DNA from: Naegleria gruberi | Taxonomy: Eukaryota | Length of the DNA: 64,000 nucleotides | NCBI GenBank assembly: GCA_000004985.1 | Contig: GG738901.1 | Direction: 5' to 3' (one strand) | Part shown: positions 44,657-56,400 of the stretch, piece after piece | Layout: each line of letters opens with the position of its first letter | Numbering within the stretch: position 1 is the first letter of the stretch | Notes under the pieces: generated by a model | Databases searched by the model: none | What the model was told of the DNA's origin: nothing | Seen by the model: the letters and a program-made list of their open reading frames with translations, nothing else | Position numbers and translations under genes: made by a program

Positions 44657-46180
44657 ATGCTTTCAAACAACCTTCCCTCCACAGATGTCTCCACTCAATC
44701 AGTAGCAGCAGCAACAACAACTCTTCCGAATGGTTATTCTCGGGAGTGGCCAATCATCGTTGAAAATTTACAGAAAATTGCAAATAGAGAAAAAGTGTTT
44801 GGATCGATTGCAGCTTGGATTGAATTTGTAAAGGATTTGGATCAGAAAATTGTTGATGATTGTATGAATAATAATCGTGATGATGACGATGATGGTAGTG
44901 TTCAAGAAGTTTCCAGATCAACTGATTATCACTTTAGAAATTTATCATTCCTTTATAAAAAGATGAATATTTCGGACAAGAAGGAAGCAAAAGAACATTC
45001 ATTGATGAGTGAGAAGGAATTTATGGAAAAGGTTGTTCCAAAGATTGCTCAGTGGATTTTGGATTTGGAAAGAGAGTTTCCAAGTGGAAAAATTCCAGTC
45101 TTGATGATGAATGCATCTGGTGTTGTGAGATTGACCAAGAGACAGATCAGGTCGATTATGAGTTGTGCATTTTGTTGTTTATTCAGAGAAAGAGGAGATG
45201 TATCAAAGAAAAATATGGGTGTTTTCGAGTTTGGATTATTCTGGAGTGTTGCTTCACAAAATTTCCTAATGTCATTATTTCACTATTTTGAGAGGATGTA
45301 TAAATTAGACAATGATAGCTCAACAAGCAGTTCTTTGGATGAAATAATTTTATTTGAAAGGAAGGTTTTAAAGAACAATTATAGGCGATTCATAGAAGAG
45401 GAAATTTGCAAGAGTCAACAAAAGATGTGCCCTTTATTATTCAAACAAGGAAAGATTCAAGATAATCTTAATCACTTGATGGTTGATTTTGCAAATTGTA
45501 TGATTGGTGGACATGTGCTCGGTGGTGCAGTTGCACAAGAAGAGATTTTATTTGTTGAATGTCCAGAGCTTTTTGCATCCATTTTAATTTGCCCTCAAAT
45601 GCAAGTTCATGAAACTATTAAGTTCACAGGATTTGAGAGATATTCAAATTTGAAAGGATACATTAAGAGTATGACTTATGAGACCTATCTAGACAATCAA
45701 CCAGTAATCGAGAACGTAAGAAAGAATCAACTAATTGCTATGGATGCTCTGCAAGGAGTGGGAATTTTCCAATTCCAAAAAGAATTCATTCTTAGAGAAA
45801 TATTCAAAACCACCTGTGCTTTCACATCAAAAGAGAATGATTTCCTCAAAGATTCATCATCTGATTTACCAACATTAGAAAACGAACCTATTGCAAGTGG
45901 ATTCTGGGGCTGTGGAATGTTTGGAGGTGATAAGCAATTGAAAACAATCATTCAATGGTTGAGTGCTACTTTATGTAATAGACCTTCTCTAACTATTCAT
46001 CTCTTTTCACCTGAGGATGAGAAAATTGAACAAGATTTCAACACAAAAATACTTCCATTAATTGTGGAGAAGGAGTTAAGTCTTGGTCAAGTTGCAGATG
46101 CATTACTCAACACTTACCAATCAGTTAGAAAAACAACATCTTTTTCAATTTTTGAATTTCTTCATCAAAACTTCAAATAA
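44657..46180 (+). CDS. Poly(ADP-ribose) glycohydrolase (PARG) catalytic-domain protein.
   Basis: The PARG signature VDFANCMIGGHVLGGAVAQEEILFVECPEL (GGG-X6-8-QEE) is present. The macro-fold continues downstream (RYSNLKGYIKSMTYE..., GFWGCGMFGGDKQLKTIIQWLSA). The single ORF is 507 aa and starts at ATG 44657. Confidence 0.8.
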   Translation: MLSNNLPSTDVSTQSVAAATTTLPNGYSREWPIIVENLQKIANREKVFGSIAAWIEFVKDLDQKIVDDCMNNNRDDDDDGSVQEVSRSTDYHFRNLSFLYKKMNISDKKEAKEHSLMSEKEFMEKVVPKIAQWILDLEREFPSGKIPVLMMNASGVVRLTKRQIRSIMSCAFCCLFRERGDVSKKNMGVFEFGLFWSVASQNFLMSLFHYFERMYKLDNDSSTSSSLDEIILFERKVLKNNYRRFIEEEICKSQQKMCPLLFKQGKIQDNLNHLMVDFANCMIGGHVLGGAVAQEEILFVECPELFASILICPQMQVHETIKFTGFERYSNLKGYIKSMTYETYLDNQPVIENVRKNQLIAMDALQGVGIFQFQKEFILREIFKTTCAFTSKENDFLKDSSSDLPTLENEPIASGFWGCGMFGGDKQLKTIIQWLSATLCNRPSLTIHLFSPEDEKIEQDFNTKILPLIVEKELSLGQVADALLNTYQSVRKTTSFSIFEFLHQNFK

Positions 46181-46327
46181 AATCCAGAACTTGACTAATT
46201 TCAAATAGTAATCCTGTCAACTAAATCAATAAAACTAATTTACCAAATGGTATTAACAAAACCAAAGCACTTTAAAAAAGAAAACAAGTGCAGAATGTTT
46301 CTTGATATTAAAACACAAAATTACAAC

Positions 46328-46400
46328 CGCCCCACGTGGGGCTCGAACCCACGACCGTTGGATTAAAAGTCCAACGCTCTACCGACTGAGCTAGCAGGGC
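46328..46400 (-). tRNA. tRNA-Lys(UUU).
   Basis: The minus strand reads GCCCTGC-TA-GCTC-AGTCGGTA-GAGC-G-TTGGA-CTTTTAA-TCCAA-CGGTC-GTGGG-TTCGAGC-CCCAC-GTGGGGC-G. The 73-nt cloverleaf is canonical, with A- and B-boxes and anticodon TTT. Confidence 0.9.
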
Positions 46401-46503
46401 TGCTCATCAAAAATATCAAAGAAATTTACAAATAATACCCCATCCCTTTAGAGCTCCTAGGAGCCAAATTCCAAAGTTCATGATGAAAACCAACAGTAAA
46501 AAA

Positions 46504-47281
46504 ATGAAAACAAGGCTAGATAGATTAAATCTTATTCGTTGGTCTGATGAGGCAGAACGATTTGAGGGTTTGTTATTCTCCAAACAATGGTTTGCAAATA
46601 ATTATTAAAGATCTTATAAAATTTACAAAAAAATCAATTATTGAAATTCTTGATTCCGATTTGCCGATCCCAACCAAAGAGGAGAGAAATTGGATTGGTG
46701 GTTGTTTTAAAAGAACCATACCTGCAAAGATATGTTCCTATCGATCAATAAGAGTTCTACAACAACGAGAACAGAATGCCTCTTCTTCTCCTCATCATAG
46801 ACAATTAATTGATGATTATTTATTCAAAATTGCAAAAGAAATTATTGATGATTCAACGGAAATGATTGGATTAATAGATGAAATATTAAAGAGGGATTTA
46901 TTGGATGATGAGGATCGTTTATATTATTGCCACCTTAAAGGAGATTACTACAAAATGTTGTTTGCTATTGATGGGGAACAAGACAAGTGGAAGTTGTTGT
47001 ATTGTCAGAGTTTTGAGGATGGTAGAGATTCGTTGGAGAAGGTATCTCCTCTTAATGTTATTGGATTGAGGACGTCTCTTGCTGCCTCTGTATTCTACTA
47101 TGAAGTGATGAATGATCAGGAAAAAGCAGTTGAAATTGCAAAATCAGCATTCAACGCTGCTGTTCCTTTATTTGATGAATTGGATGAGGAAGTTACCAGT
47201 GAAATTTTGATGTTACTGCAAATGTTGAGGGATAACTTGACGCTGTGGACTTTTTCAGAAGAGCCAGATGAAGAAGATTAA
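46504..47281 (+). CDS. Divergent 14-3-3-like protein. Exons are 46504..46567 and 46611..47281.
   Basis: Exon 1 encodes MKTRLDRLNLIRWSDEAERFE, matching the 14-3-3 N-terminus (..LAEQAERYDDM). A 43-nt intron at 46568..46610 has a GTTTGT donor and ttattaaag acceptor, in phase 1. Exon 2 carries EERNWIG...RSIRVLQQ ([26 protein letters not shown]), HLKGDYYKMLFAI (KMKGDYYRYLAEV), LNVIGLRTSLAASVFYYEVMN (PIRLGLALNFSVFYYEILN) and LLQMLRDNLTLWT. It is much less conserved than canonical 14-3-3 proteins. Confidence 0.7.
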
Positions 47282-47800
47282 GGTTCTAAAGAACATTGTA
47301 TGCTGGTAAGAGTATTGTATTTACTTGAATGACAGAGTATTAATTTACATGCCATTTGGAAAAATTATGTAATGTTGTTGGAAGTATTAAGGGATGTATG
47401 CACACAACAGCAGGAATAATATTCACGATTAGATTATCTAGCATGCAGAGCTCTATTGCATTGTTAAATTGTAGATGGACGTATCGTTGTATACAGTAAG
47501 GGAGAGGATGATTCATTTCGATTAGATAAAGGATAGGTTCGTTGTTGGTGTTCCTACATTCAAAGTGACAGTCAAATTGAAATAGGATATTATCAGAATG
47601 TAATTGTTCCTATTTTGAAGTGAGAGAGTTCTCTGCTGAGTACTTCCTATTATTGGTTGCGTGGATGCAAAAACTCCAATAATTAAAGTGATGTCCACCA
47701 GTTGATAATAGTTTCTAATGTTCTTCTATTGTCATGAAGTTTGTTTGCAATTCAACTGATGTATTTTATGGTGTTACAGACAAGATAAGAGACGGCCTGA

Positions 47801-48595
47801 TTATTGTTTGGTCAATTGAATTATTTGCTGAACAACACTGGCAACATCTTTTTCTTGGTTATCTACCACTACTAATTTGGCATTCTTAATTGTTGGATTA
47901 ATTGTGAGTTCAAGAGTTTCGAATTGACTAGGAATTAAACTACTATTCATAAAGTGTGCAGAACGATTTTCTAATCTATCCTGTGCTTCGTTTTGAGAAA
48001 TGGACAAGTTGACAAATAGCCAGTTGATATCCAAATTAACATTGTGTTGAATTGGCTTATCCAGAAGTTCCTCCTCATTTTCACATAGTTGTGCGTCACC
48101 CAACACAAGTAATTCTCTATAAATATTCTTCAAAGCACTACAAGAAACCACCACAATCTTCCTATTCGAATGTTTAATCTCATTCATAATTTGTAAATGA
48201 ATGGCCAATAACCAAGGTCGTCTATCCTGATCATTCAATGGAATTCCCTTTGCCATTTTCTCCACATTACTCTTTGAATGAAATTTGTCTCCCTCCAAGA
48301 AACAACACTCTCCACCACATTCGTTTAAATATTGAGTCAAAGCCTCTCCAATCGTCGATTTGCCACAACCACAAACTCCAAACAATACAATCACCAAATA
48401 TTTATCATCATTTACTCTTTCATCAGTATTTAAAACATTTTCAGAAGAAGTAAATTGATTCAAATTTTTATCACTCATCATCATACAACCAGAATCAAAG
48501 CCTTGAAGTTGTTGTTTATCTTCCATTCCGACGCAATTTTCTTGCTGTGCTGCGGCCAAAGATTTTGTGTTTCCTTGTGTAAGCAAATTGTTCAT
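47801..48595 (-). CDS. Gluconokinase (GntK-family carbohydrate kinase).
   Basis: The P-loop is VIVLFGVCGCGKSTIGEAL. GDKFHSKSNVEKMAKGIPLNDQDRRPWL matches gluconate kinase (GDxxHPxxNxxKMxxGxPLxDxDRxPWL). The start is placed at ATG 48595 (MNNLLTQ...). The track ORF extends to an upstream alternative start at 48718. Confidence 0.7.
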   Translation of the reverse strand: MNNLLTQGNTKSLAAAQQENCVGMEDKQQLQGFDSGCMMMSDKNLNQFTSSENVLNTDERVNDDKYLVIVLFGVCGCGKSTIGEALTQYLNECGGECCFLEGDKFHSKSNVEKMAKGIPLNDQDRRPWLLAIHLQIMNEIKHSNRKIVVVSCSALKNIYRELLVLGDAQLCENEEELLDKPIQHNVNLDINWLFVNLSISQNEAQDRLENRSAHFMNSSLIPSQFETLELTINPTIKNAKLVVVDNQEKDVASVVQQIIQLTKQ

Positions 48596-49494
48596 TTTTT
48601 TTAAATGGAAAAAAAGATTTGGAGGGAAAATCTGCAAATTAGCACAAACTACAAATGCAAGCAATTTCCAAACTAATGAAATTTGTTTCCATTCAAAGGT
48701 TTGGTTACAATGAAACAATATGATTTTGATACTTACAAAGAATAGTTTGTACGATGTTACACTAAAGGCAATTTGTTAATTATTTATCTTATTCGAAAGG
48801 CAAGGTGCTAGGGGAAGGAGTCCTTGACAAAAAGAAAGTTTATATCACCACTCGTTTCGTCTTAATGAACCTTAAAATTTGTTTACAATAAACTATTCGA
48901 AACTGCAGAACCCTGCTTCATACAAAGCATACTCAAATTATACTCCAACTAAATAAAGTCAGAGAATGTTTCTTGTATCATACCCAAGAATCAACACAAT
49001 AACGCACTGAAGTTACAACTGCGGCCTATTTCAGTACAAGGTCCCAACTTGCCAAGACATTAAACGAAACTATTCGAAAGGGTAGATAAGGCAACCACTG
49101 CATATTACTGCTAAAACATCCTTTTTTACAATCCTTAAAACTCGACATTGACACATTGATCCAGATTTAATGTTGACTTTTCAACAATTCCGCTAATAGA
49201 AGTGATGCATAATGCATTCGGATAGTTTCATTGAGTTGCAAACTTTAAATTATTTAAAAAAGAGCAATAGGAATCTGCAGCACTTTCTTTTATCATCATC
49301 ATTTCCTACAACATTGTAGTTTTGTCTACAACCACCAATAAACTAAACAGAACTATTGTAGACGAAACAAAAAGAACACAAAATTCCACAACAACTCCAC
49401 CAACACAATTTACCTAATTTTGAAATCATCATCAACACATTTTCCCTCCTTTCCAGAGATTTTGAAATTTACAGTCAACACTTTTTACTAAAAA

Positions 49495-52122
49495 ATGTTT
49501 GGTTTCACAAGTGAATCGAGGTCTAATAGCAATGAGGATGGTGGATTTGTTTCACCTGCCAAGATTCGTTCTCAACAACAGTCGGCTTCAGTTTCGTCTA
49601 GTCATTCGAATACAATGATTCAGAATTTACCGACCACTTCGAATACACATGCACTTGATGGAGGAGACATACAAGACATGATGCATTCACCAAGATTTGA
49701 GGAAGATGAAGTGGACTACAGAGGTAAAGCTAGAGATTCGAATAATGATGATGAAATTAATCAATACGAAATTTCAATACCTGTTAGTGCGATTGTATTG
49801 AATACTTCATTTACTCCGATTTTGGTTACTAATCAATCCAATTCCACAAATTTACTTTCGAATAATCAACAATTTATGAATGTATCAGGTTTATCAAATA
49901 ATTCTTCAAATCAGTCAGCATCTGGTTCTGGTCAACTCAATTTATTCGAAAGTTCAACTTCTCAAAAACCAAGACCACAATCAGCTAGATACTGTAACTC
50001 ATCCATTTCTTCAATTGTTCTAGCGATGAATCCACCAACACCTCCACAAGGAGAAATTCAACAAAACAAATTGTTGGCCGTTTCTAATATTGAAAATTCA
50101 TTTAATAATTCTGGAAATTCATTACTGTCAAGTCAAAACTCTGCATGCAGTGGAGCTCATACAACATCTTCAATTATTTCGAATAAGGGAAGTGGAACTG
50201 GAAGTAATGGAGAAAGTGGATGGACCATGACGAAACAGCAACGAGAAAGGTTTCAACATGTGGAAAAATTGAGAAGTAAATTATTCGAAAGTATGGAAAC
50301 AATGAATTGGTTGAATGAGAAGGCATCATCCTCCAAACATGCAGATCAGAAAAACTCAGTTGAAGTCAAGAAACAGAAATTTGTGATGGAATGTGTGAGC
50401 AAACTCAAGTTTTTGGATGAATTCTACGATGCCCTCAATGGGAGAGTGAGAACATTTGATTGTGTGAGGGATGTGGTCGAGGCTCTTGATAATTTCTGTT
50501 CAAATATTCTCAGTTTTTCACATGAAAAGTTTGGATATATTAGGAGTCAAGAATCAAATGGTTCTTCCTCCTCAAGAAAATCCATTCGAATGACAACCTC
50601 CACTGGGTTGAGTACTGTTTCAGTGGGTGAAAAGAAGAGTGGAAGTGGCAATTTACTGACCGGAGCCTTGAGTAGAGATCCCAGCTCTGAAGATATGGGC
50701 AGCGGTTCACCACTCACAACTACAGCCCTATTGAAATCATCCCTAGATAATAATATCAACGAGTTGGCCAATGCAATGGAGCAAAACAAACTCTCACCTT
50801 GTTTTCAACATGAGAGGTTGAGAGATTTTATTATTGGTATTTGGTTAGAATTGACCAAATGTGATAATAACGAGAACAAATTGAATACACTTTTGAATAC
50901 CAAGATCAAACGATCAGTTGTTGACTCTGAGAGAATCAACAATACATTTAATAACTCTAGGAGAAATTCCACTAATTTGACATCACTTTTGCAATCTACT
51001 GAAGATTCAAGTCTCTCCCTGTTCAATTCTTCATTGGTGAGGAAGGAATCAGTAAAGACCCTCGAAAAGATCCTCATCATTGAAGAAAACCTTGGAGAAA
51101 AGCTTTCTAACGATATTAGAATTTTGACCGACATGTTCCTCACTGAAATGGATGATATTCTTGCTGTATTCCACGATAAGCAGGTAAAGTTTATCAGATC
51201 GTGGTATAATGAAGCTCTAGATAAATGCTTACTCCCATTCCACTCACTGAATGCAATGAAGAAGAGAAAGGAATGCCTCAAGGGATTGAAAACAGATCAC
51301 ACACTCAGTGAGGAGGATTTCGCTCTCAAGTATGTCATTGAGAAGGATTGGAAGTTTTTAGATAGACTTTGTGAATATACTCCAGATTGGAAAATTGTAA
51401 GCAAGAATCTTCCACTTGTCTCTGCATGGACATCTAACGAAAACTATAGCAACATTTCTGATATGAGGTTGACCAAGTTTGTTGGCTATTTTGACTGTTC
51501 GATTGAGAATGCAACAAGAGCACTGAGTCACGATGTATCACTAGAAAAGATTTACAATAACAGAGTTGTGTGGCATGAGTATAGTAAGCCAAGCATGTCA
51601 AGCTCTCTCGAAAAGTTTCCAACTGCGCTCATGTCTTGTGTGAATGAAACAAGTGGTCTACACAAGAAACAATCAATGGAATTGGTAATTTCAGGAAAGA
51701 CCAAATTCATTGGTAATGAATCCACTACAGAGCTAGTCGAGTCATGCTTTTGTTTCAAGTCATGTAACATCTTGAAAGGCAATAATTCAAAGGACTCGGA
51801 TTCCTCACGTTTCATCTCAATCGGTGCCAGATATATAACCAAAGTTGACAATAACAGAATTAGAGTTATGGAAGTGAGATTTAGTAGAATTGCAGGATTT
51901 TTGAAAAAGACCTTCCTCTTTTCTATCAATATGAAAAAGGAGATGGGTTTATTCTATACATCTCTGATTGAAATTTTTACAGGAGAAGAAGAGAAAGGTT
52001 TCCCACTTGCCTCTACAAGTAATAATCTAATGAAAGTCATTTGCGACTACGCAAGAACGTATTGCCATGTGGATTTTGGTATGAAATACTCACATAGCGA
52101 GGATGAAATTCCAGTCATTTAA
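49495..52122 (+). CDS. Large hypothetical protein with an S/N/T-rich N-terminal half and a structured C-terminal half.
   Basis: Single ORF of 875 aa starting at ATG 49495. Low-complexity S/N/Q tracts run through residue ~240. After that the composition is ordinary, with conserved-looking Cys/Trp positions. No family was recognised. Confidence 0.55.
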   Translation: MFGFTSESRSNSNEDGGFVSPAKIRSQQQSASVSSSHSNTMIQNLPTTSNTHALDGGDIQDMMHSPRFEEDEVDYRGKARDSNNDDEINQYEISIPVSAIVLNTSFTPILVTNQSNSTNLLSNNQQFMNVSGLSNNSSNQSASGSGQLNLFESSTSQKPRPQSARYCNSSISSIVLAMNPPTPPQGEIQQNKLLAVSNIENSFNNSGNSLLSSQNSACSGAHTTSSIISNKGSGTGSNGESGWTMTKQQRERFQHVEKLRSKLFESMETMNWLNEKASSSKHADQKNSVEVKKQKFVMECVSKLKFLDEFYDALNGRVRTFDCVRDVVEALDNFCSNILSFSHEKFGYIRSQESNGSSSSRKSIRMTTSTGLSTVSVGEKKSGSGNLLTGALSRDPSSEDMGSGSPLTTTALLKSSLDNNINELANAMEQNKLSPCFQHERLRDFIIGIWLELTKCDNNENKLNTLLNTKIKRSVVDSERINNTFNNSRRNSTNLTSLLQSTEDSSLSLFNSSLVRKESVKTLEKILIIEENLGEKLSNDIRILTDMFLTEMDDILAVFHDKQVKFIRSWYNEALDKCLLPFHSLNAMKKRKECLKGLKTDHTLSEEDFALKYVIEKDWKFLDRLCEYTPDWKIVSKNLPLVSAWTSNENYSNISDMRLTKFVGYFDCSIENATRALSHDVSLEKIYNNRVVWHEYSKPSMSSSLEKFPTALMSCVNETSGLHKKQSMELVISGKTKFIGNESTTELVESCFCFKSCNILKGNNSKDSDSSRFISIGARYITKVDNNRIRVMEVRFSRIAGFLKKTFLFSINMKKEMGLFYTSLIEIFTGEEEKGFPLASTSNNLMKVICDYARTYCHVDFGMKYSHSEDEIPVI

Positions 52123-52589
52123 CTAAACTAATTTTTTATTGAACTGAATATTTACAATTTTTCCAATAAGAATAAGGATGTGTTGCGTGTGGAAAGACAA
52201 TTGTTCTGACATAGACGAATTGTGAAACTGTCTTAATTCCATTTCCAATAAACAATGAAGTGGATCTTCAGGAGCCTTTTCTTAAGAGAATGTCAGAATA
52301 TTCATGGTTTCTCAGTAGTGGCTATATATTGATAAAATTGAAATCTTCATCTAAAACACGTAAACAATGGATCATATTAGTATTGTAAAATACTTGTTCC
52401 GATATTTATTGTTTTTGCCTCATCACTCGAGTTAAGAATGGATTGTAAAGAAATCGAGAGGGAAACTGAAACAACAAAAAAAATACCTCAACTCGGTTTG
52501 TCAACACAGCTTGTAAGGAATCCAATCAAGGCTAAAGTCTTGCATTATCAACTTGTCAATTCAGTCTTTGAAATCATTTCGTCCACCTC

Positions 52590-52740
52590 ACTACTCGAAA
52601 GAAGGCTAATTAACAATCACACAATCTTTCATTATTTCACTGATTCAAAGAAGGCTTCATTACTATCATCATACAATCTTCACTAATAGAAAGAAGGCTT
52701 CGTTTAACTACAATTCTCAACAAATTATCACAAGAAGCCA
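52590..52740. repeat. Imperfect tandem repeat of ~47 bp in three copies, lying within 190 bp upstream of the ATG at 52778. It may be a promoter element.
   Basis: The core aaagaaggct(t/a) recurs at 52599, 52648 and 52692. Flanking similarity runs caatcacacaatctttcattatttc / catcatacaatcttcactaat / ctacaattctcaacaaatta. Confidence 0.5.
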
Positions 52741-52777
52741 CATTACAATTTAAAATCGCCAGGTGCTATTATAGATC

Positions 52778-53362
52778 ATGGAAGACATACAGAAATTCCT
52801 ACTATCTACTCAATCAAACAATGAATTAGTAATAGAAACATTGAAAGACAGAATCAAAGAACTGGAAGCTAAACTCCCAAACAATGATCTTCTTATGGAG
52901 AATGCTCTTTTAAAGCAATCTAATGCAAACCTCAAACAACAATATGTGTTACTTTCCGATAAAATAGCAAACATGAACACCATGTTAGAACCACTTTCAA
53001 ATCCCTTATCATCTTTGGGCTCAGGTAGTAAACCTTTAAAGAAACTGACTCTTGCAGAGGCATTACTAAAAGAAAATATTGCTCCATTCAGAGGTGAATT
53101 GGCTGATGTTTTAGTCCCTCCACAAAGGAGAGAACGTCTTAGACATTGTGATTTTAATCCTGAAAATTGTTGTACATCCCTTCGTGAATACTGTAACAAG
53201 GCAACAGAAATCATGGGAGAAAGGATTTATTTTCCTGGTGAAGAATCTGAAAAGAAGAAGACTAAAAAGAAGTCTGTAAAGAGAAAGAAAGATGGTACTG
53301 AATCAGATGAAGAATCAGATAAGAAGAAGACTTCCAAAAAGAAGTCTGTAAAGAAAAAGTAA
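52778..53362 (+). CDS. Coiled-coil protein with a Lys-rich C-terminal tail.
   Basis: ORF of 194 aa. The N-terminal 70 residues show heptad periodicity (LKDRIKELEAKLPNNDLLMENALLKQSNANLKQQYVLL). The C-terminus reads KKKTKKKSVKRKKDGTESDEESDKKKTSKKKSVKKK. Confidence 0.5.
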   Translation: MEDIQKFLLSTQSNNELVIETLKDRIKELEAKLPNNDLLMENALLKQSNANLKQQYVLLSDKIANMNTMLEPLSNPLSSLGSGSKPLKKLTLAEALLKENIAPFRGELADVLVPPQRRERLRHCDFNPENCCTSLREYCNKATEIMGERIYFPGEESEKKKTKKKSVKRKKDGTESDEESDKKKTSKKKSVKKK

Positions 53363-53466
53363 ATGGCGTTCAAGAACAAATACCTTGACTTTTTACAATA
53401 ATAAACACTGTCACTTAAAGTTTTTTCTCAATTTCCAGCATTGATTGGAAATTAAGAGTAAAAAAA

Positions 53467-56400
53467 ATGAAACGAAAACTCCCATCATCATCTTCATCAA
53501 ATTCGGGAGGAAATTTTGATCATCATCAGCAAAATTCTCTTTCATCGTCCAATTCCCGAATGATGGAAATGATTAGGAGTCAGAAGGAGAGACGGAAAAA
53601 GATTAAACAACAGGAAAATACTTCATCAGCCTTTTTTATTATGGATACATTGCATGGAATTTATTCGGAAAAGAAGAATACATCATCATCAGCTTCATCA
53701 GAAGTACAGAGTTTATTTAATCTAGTGACGATTGGTTTATTAGCCGACTTGTCGAAATGTGAGAATTCATTGGAAATATTTAGAGAGAAAATTGAAAAGT
53801 ATATTGTGCATTCTGATCAGTATCGGGATGAAGCCAATTTAATGAATCAATTTATTGTATATCATATTTATCTTTCACAGGAGATTTTCCTTTGTTTTTT
53901 GAGGAGTAAAAGTGAGGCTGTGATTAGAGACAGATTAATAGAAATTGGATTGAAGAGCATTTTGGCTTTTGTAAATTCTAATAGCAATATTATCGAGTAT
54001 TATTTTAATAGATTCTTCAAGTTTTTAAACTGTGAATTTATTAACAAGTTGGCAGATAGAAATGTGTGGATACACATGCTGTCCAGCACGGAATTTCTAC
54101 AATTTACTTCAAAGGGGATTCAAAGGTTGTTTAATGTGACAAGTGAAGATACTCTCACATTGCACATTACAACTCTGTCACTTCTACAAGAATCTCAAAC
54201 TATTTCAATACCTAATTTTATAATGACATGCTCCGACTACTTTATAGATAATTTGGCACATAGGACAATATTGGAAAATCATAACTTTGAGAGCAATCCA
54301 AATATTGTTCAACACTTTGAGAATGTTTCATATCAGTGTATTTGGTTTATAACATTCTATGATAAGAAACGAGACACATCAAAATTACTGAGATTTATTT
54401 CGAATTTCAGGAAAGTTAGACAAGGGGAGAATTCACCTCTAATGATATGGGAAAACCTCTCTAATAATTTATCCAATCCTTTACCGCTGAAATCATACAT
54501 GACACTGTTAAAATCTGGAAAGAAGATTATTGACAAGCCTCTATTTCAATCTTTTGTAATTAGCGAGTTTTATAATTTATTCCAAGTTTCAGACAAATTA
54601 TCAACAGAGGAAATATTTAAAAAGAACAAGGAGCCAATCTACTTGACTGTAGAACCAGGATCTGACAAGATCTTAGAAGAGGTATTTCAATGGAATATGG
54701 ATAATTTGGAGAATTTTAATGAGCAAATGTGTGACATTTTGCGAGAGTTATTCTCCTTTCAGAATCTTGATTTTGTAGTCATGACACATTTTGTTAACAA
54801 GTTGTTAAAACTACAAGAGAATACTATTCTTAAATTATTGGATGAATTAGTTTTGGAATATATCAATAGAGAGGACATTCCTGGATGTGTAAATTGCCTA
54901 ATTATTGGAAGGAATATCTTTCCAATCCCAAAAACAATGAAACCTAAAAATGCTGTCTCCAATGGTAACCTACATCTTTCAACCATTGATCAGTGGATGA
55001 AGGACAACTTTTTCGTATACCTTTCTTCAGGTGGAACCAATACTGGAATTGAAAGAAATACGAGGCAGGCGTCCTTTGTGACTAAATTGATAGAGTATAT
55101 TATTCCACTAGAGAATAGCCTTCTGTTGACATTGTATCAAAAGGTTTTAAATAACCTTGTAAATTCTAGGTATGAATTAGTGAGTACCTTATTGAATAAG
55201 ATTAAGAAGGCACAACAATCTGAAACTGAAACCGATCAAGACTCAACAGCTGACTCCGACTATGAGGAATTAAAAACAATATTATTGGAGTATGAAAAAT
55301 ATGGAGAGAATGCCTATAACACATCATCCAAGTCCTCAATTCTTCCCCTCTCCTACTATCCAGTCATGAAAAAGACCAAATGGTGCAATGTGATTGTTCC
55401 CCAACTTCTCTCCTTCACACTAAGGGACAGTCATGATGGAGTAATGAGAACAAAATTTGAGAAACTCAAGTCAGCTCTCATTTCATCATTGGTCAATAGA
55501 AAGCTAATTCCAAAGGATATGATACAAATTGCAGATCCAAAAGAGGATAGCCAAGGTGTGGAAAGCGCTTCTTCAACACTCCATCTCAAAGTTTCATTAG
55601 TGGAGGGATGTTTGTTACGAGTTGTTTCTGAAATTGAAAATCAAATCAAGAAACAATCAACTAACATTGATTCACTCTTGGCACTCTTTTTTGAATGCCA
55701 CACAGCTATTACAGCTGTTACTAATATTTTAAAATCAGAAACATTTGATGTGAAAGTGAGGAACTCTACTCAAAGCAAACTGGTGGAAATAGTACTTCAA
55801 TCATTTTATGAATGTTGTATGGTAATGGGATCATTTAGCCAACACGAGGGATTACTTGTTACTATTTTGAGTGATGGAAATTCTCAAATATCTGAAACCT
55901 CGTCAAGTCAAAGAAAGCAAAACCATCTCGATTGGATAGTGCTATTCAAAGTTTCAGTTCTGATGCCTTTGGCTAATGTTAGTTCTTTGATCAAAGATAG
56001 AATACTGAAACTGCTGAAAAATATCAATACCAAAGACTCTAACTCTGATTTGATATTTACAATGTCAGTGCTATTGTCATCATTAATTACTGTTTCTACT
56101 AATGAAGTTACAATTATTCAAGAATTTATAGAATTGACCAACAAAGGAAAAGATCAATCCTCCCACAAAGTATTAGCAAATGGACTTGAAGAAAGAATGG
56201 CTTTGATTAAAGCCTGCTTTTTCATTTGGGATGAAATCAAGCCAAAGAATTTTGTTGAATCAATTATATTTGCCAAGTTGATAGTCTCCTGTTTAGAATT
56301 GTGCCACCATTTTCAAAACTATAACTCTGATTTTGGTGAATCCATCAATGTAATTGATTGTATTTCACATAATATTCTTGAAGAGACCTTCCAAAGATCT

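Noticed and set aside
48596-48718. 5' extension of the gluconokinase ORF (MFHCNQTFEWKQISL…)
   Set aside because: The extension is hydrophobic and of low complexity. It runs into the divergent spacer. The P-loop kinase fold starts well downstream of the ATG at 48595, which has an A-rich context.
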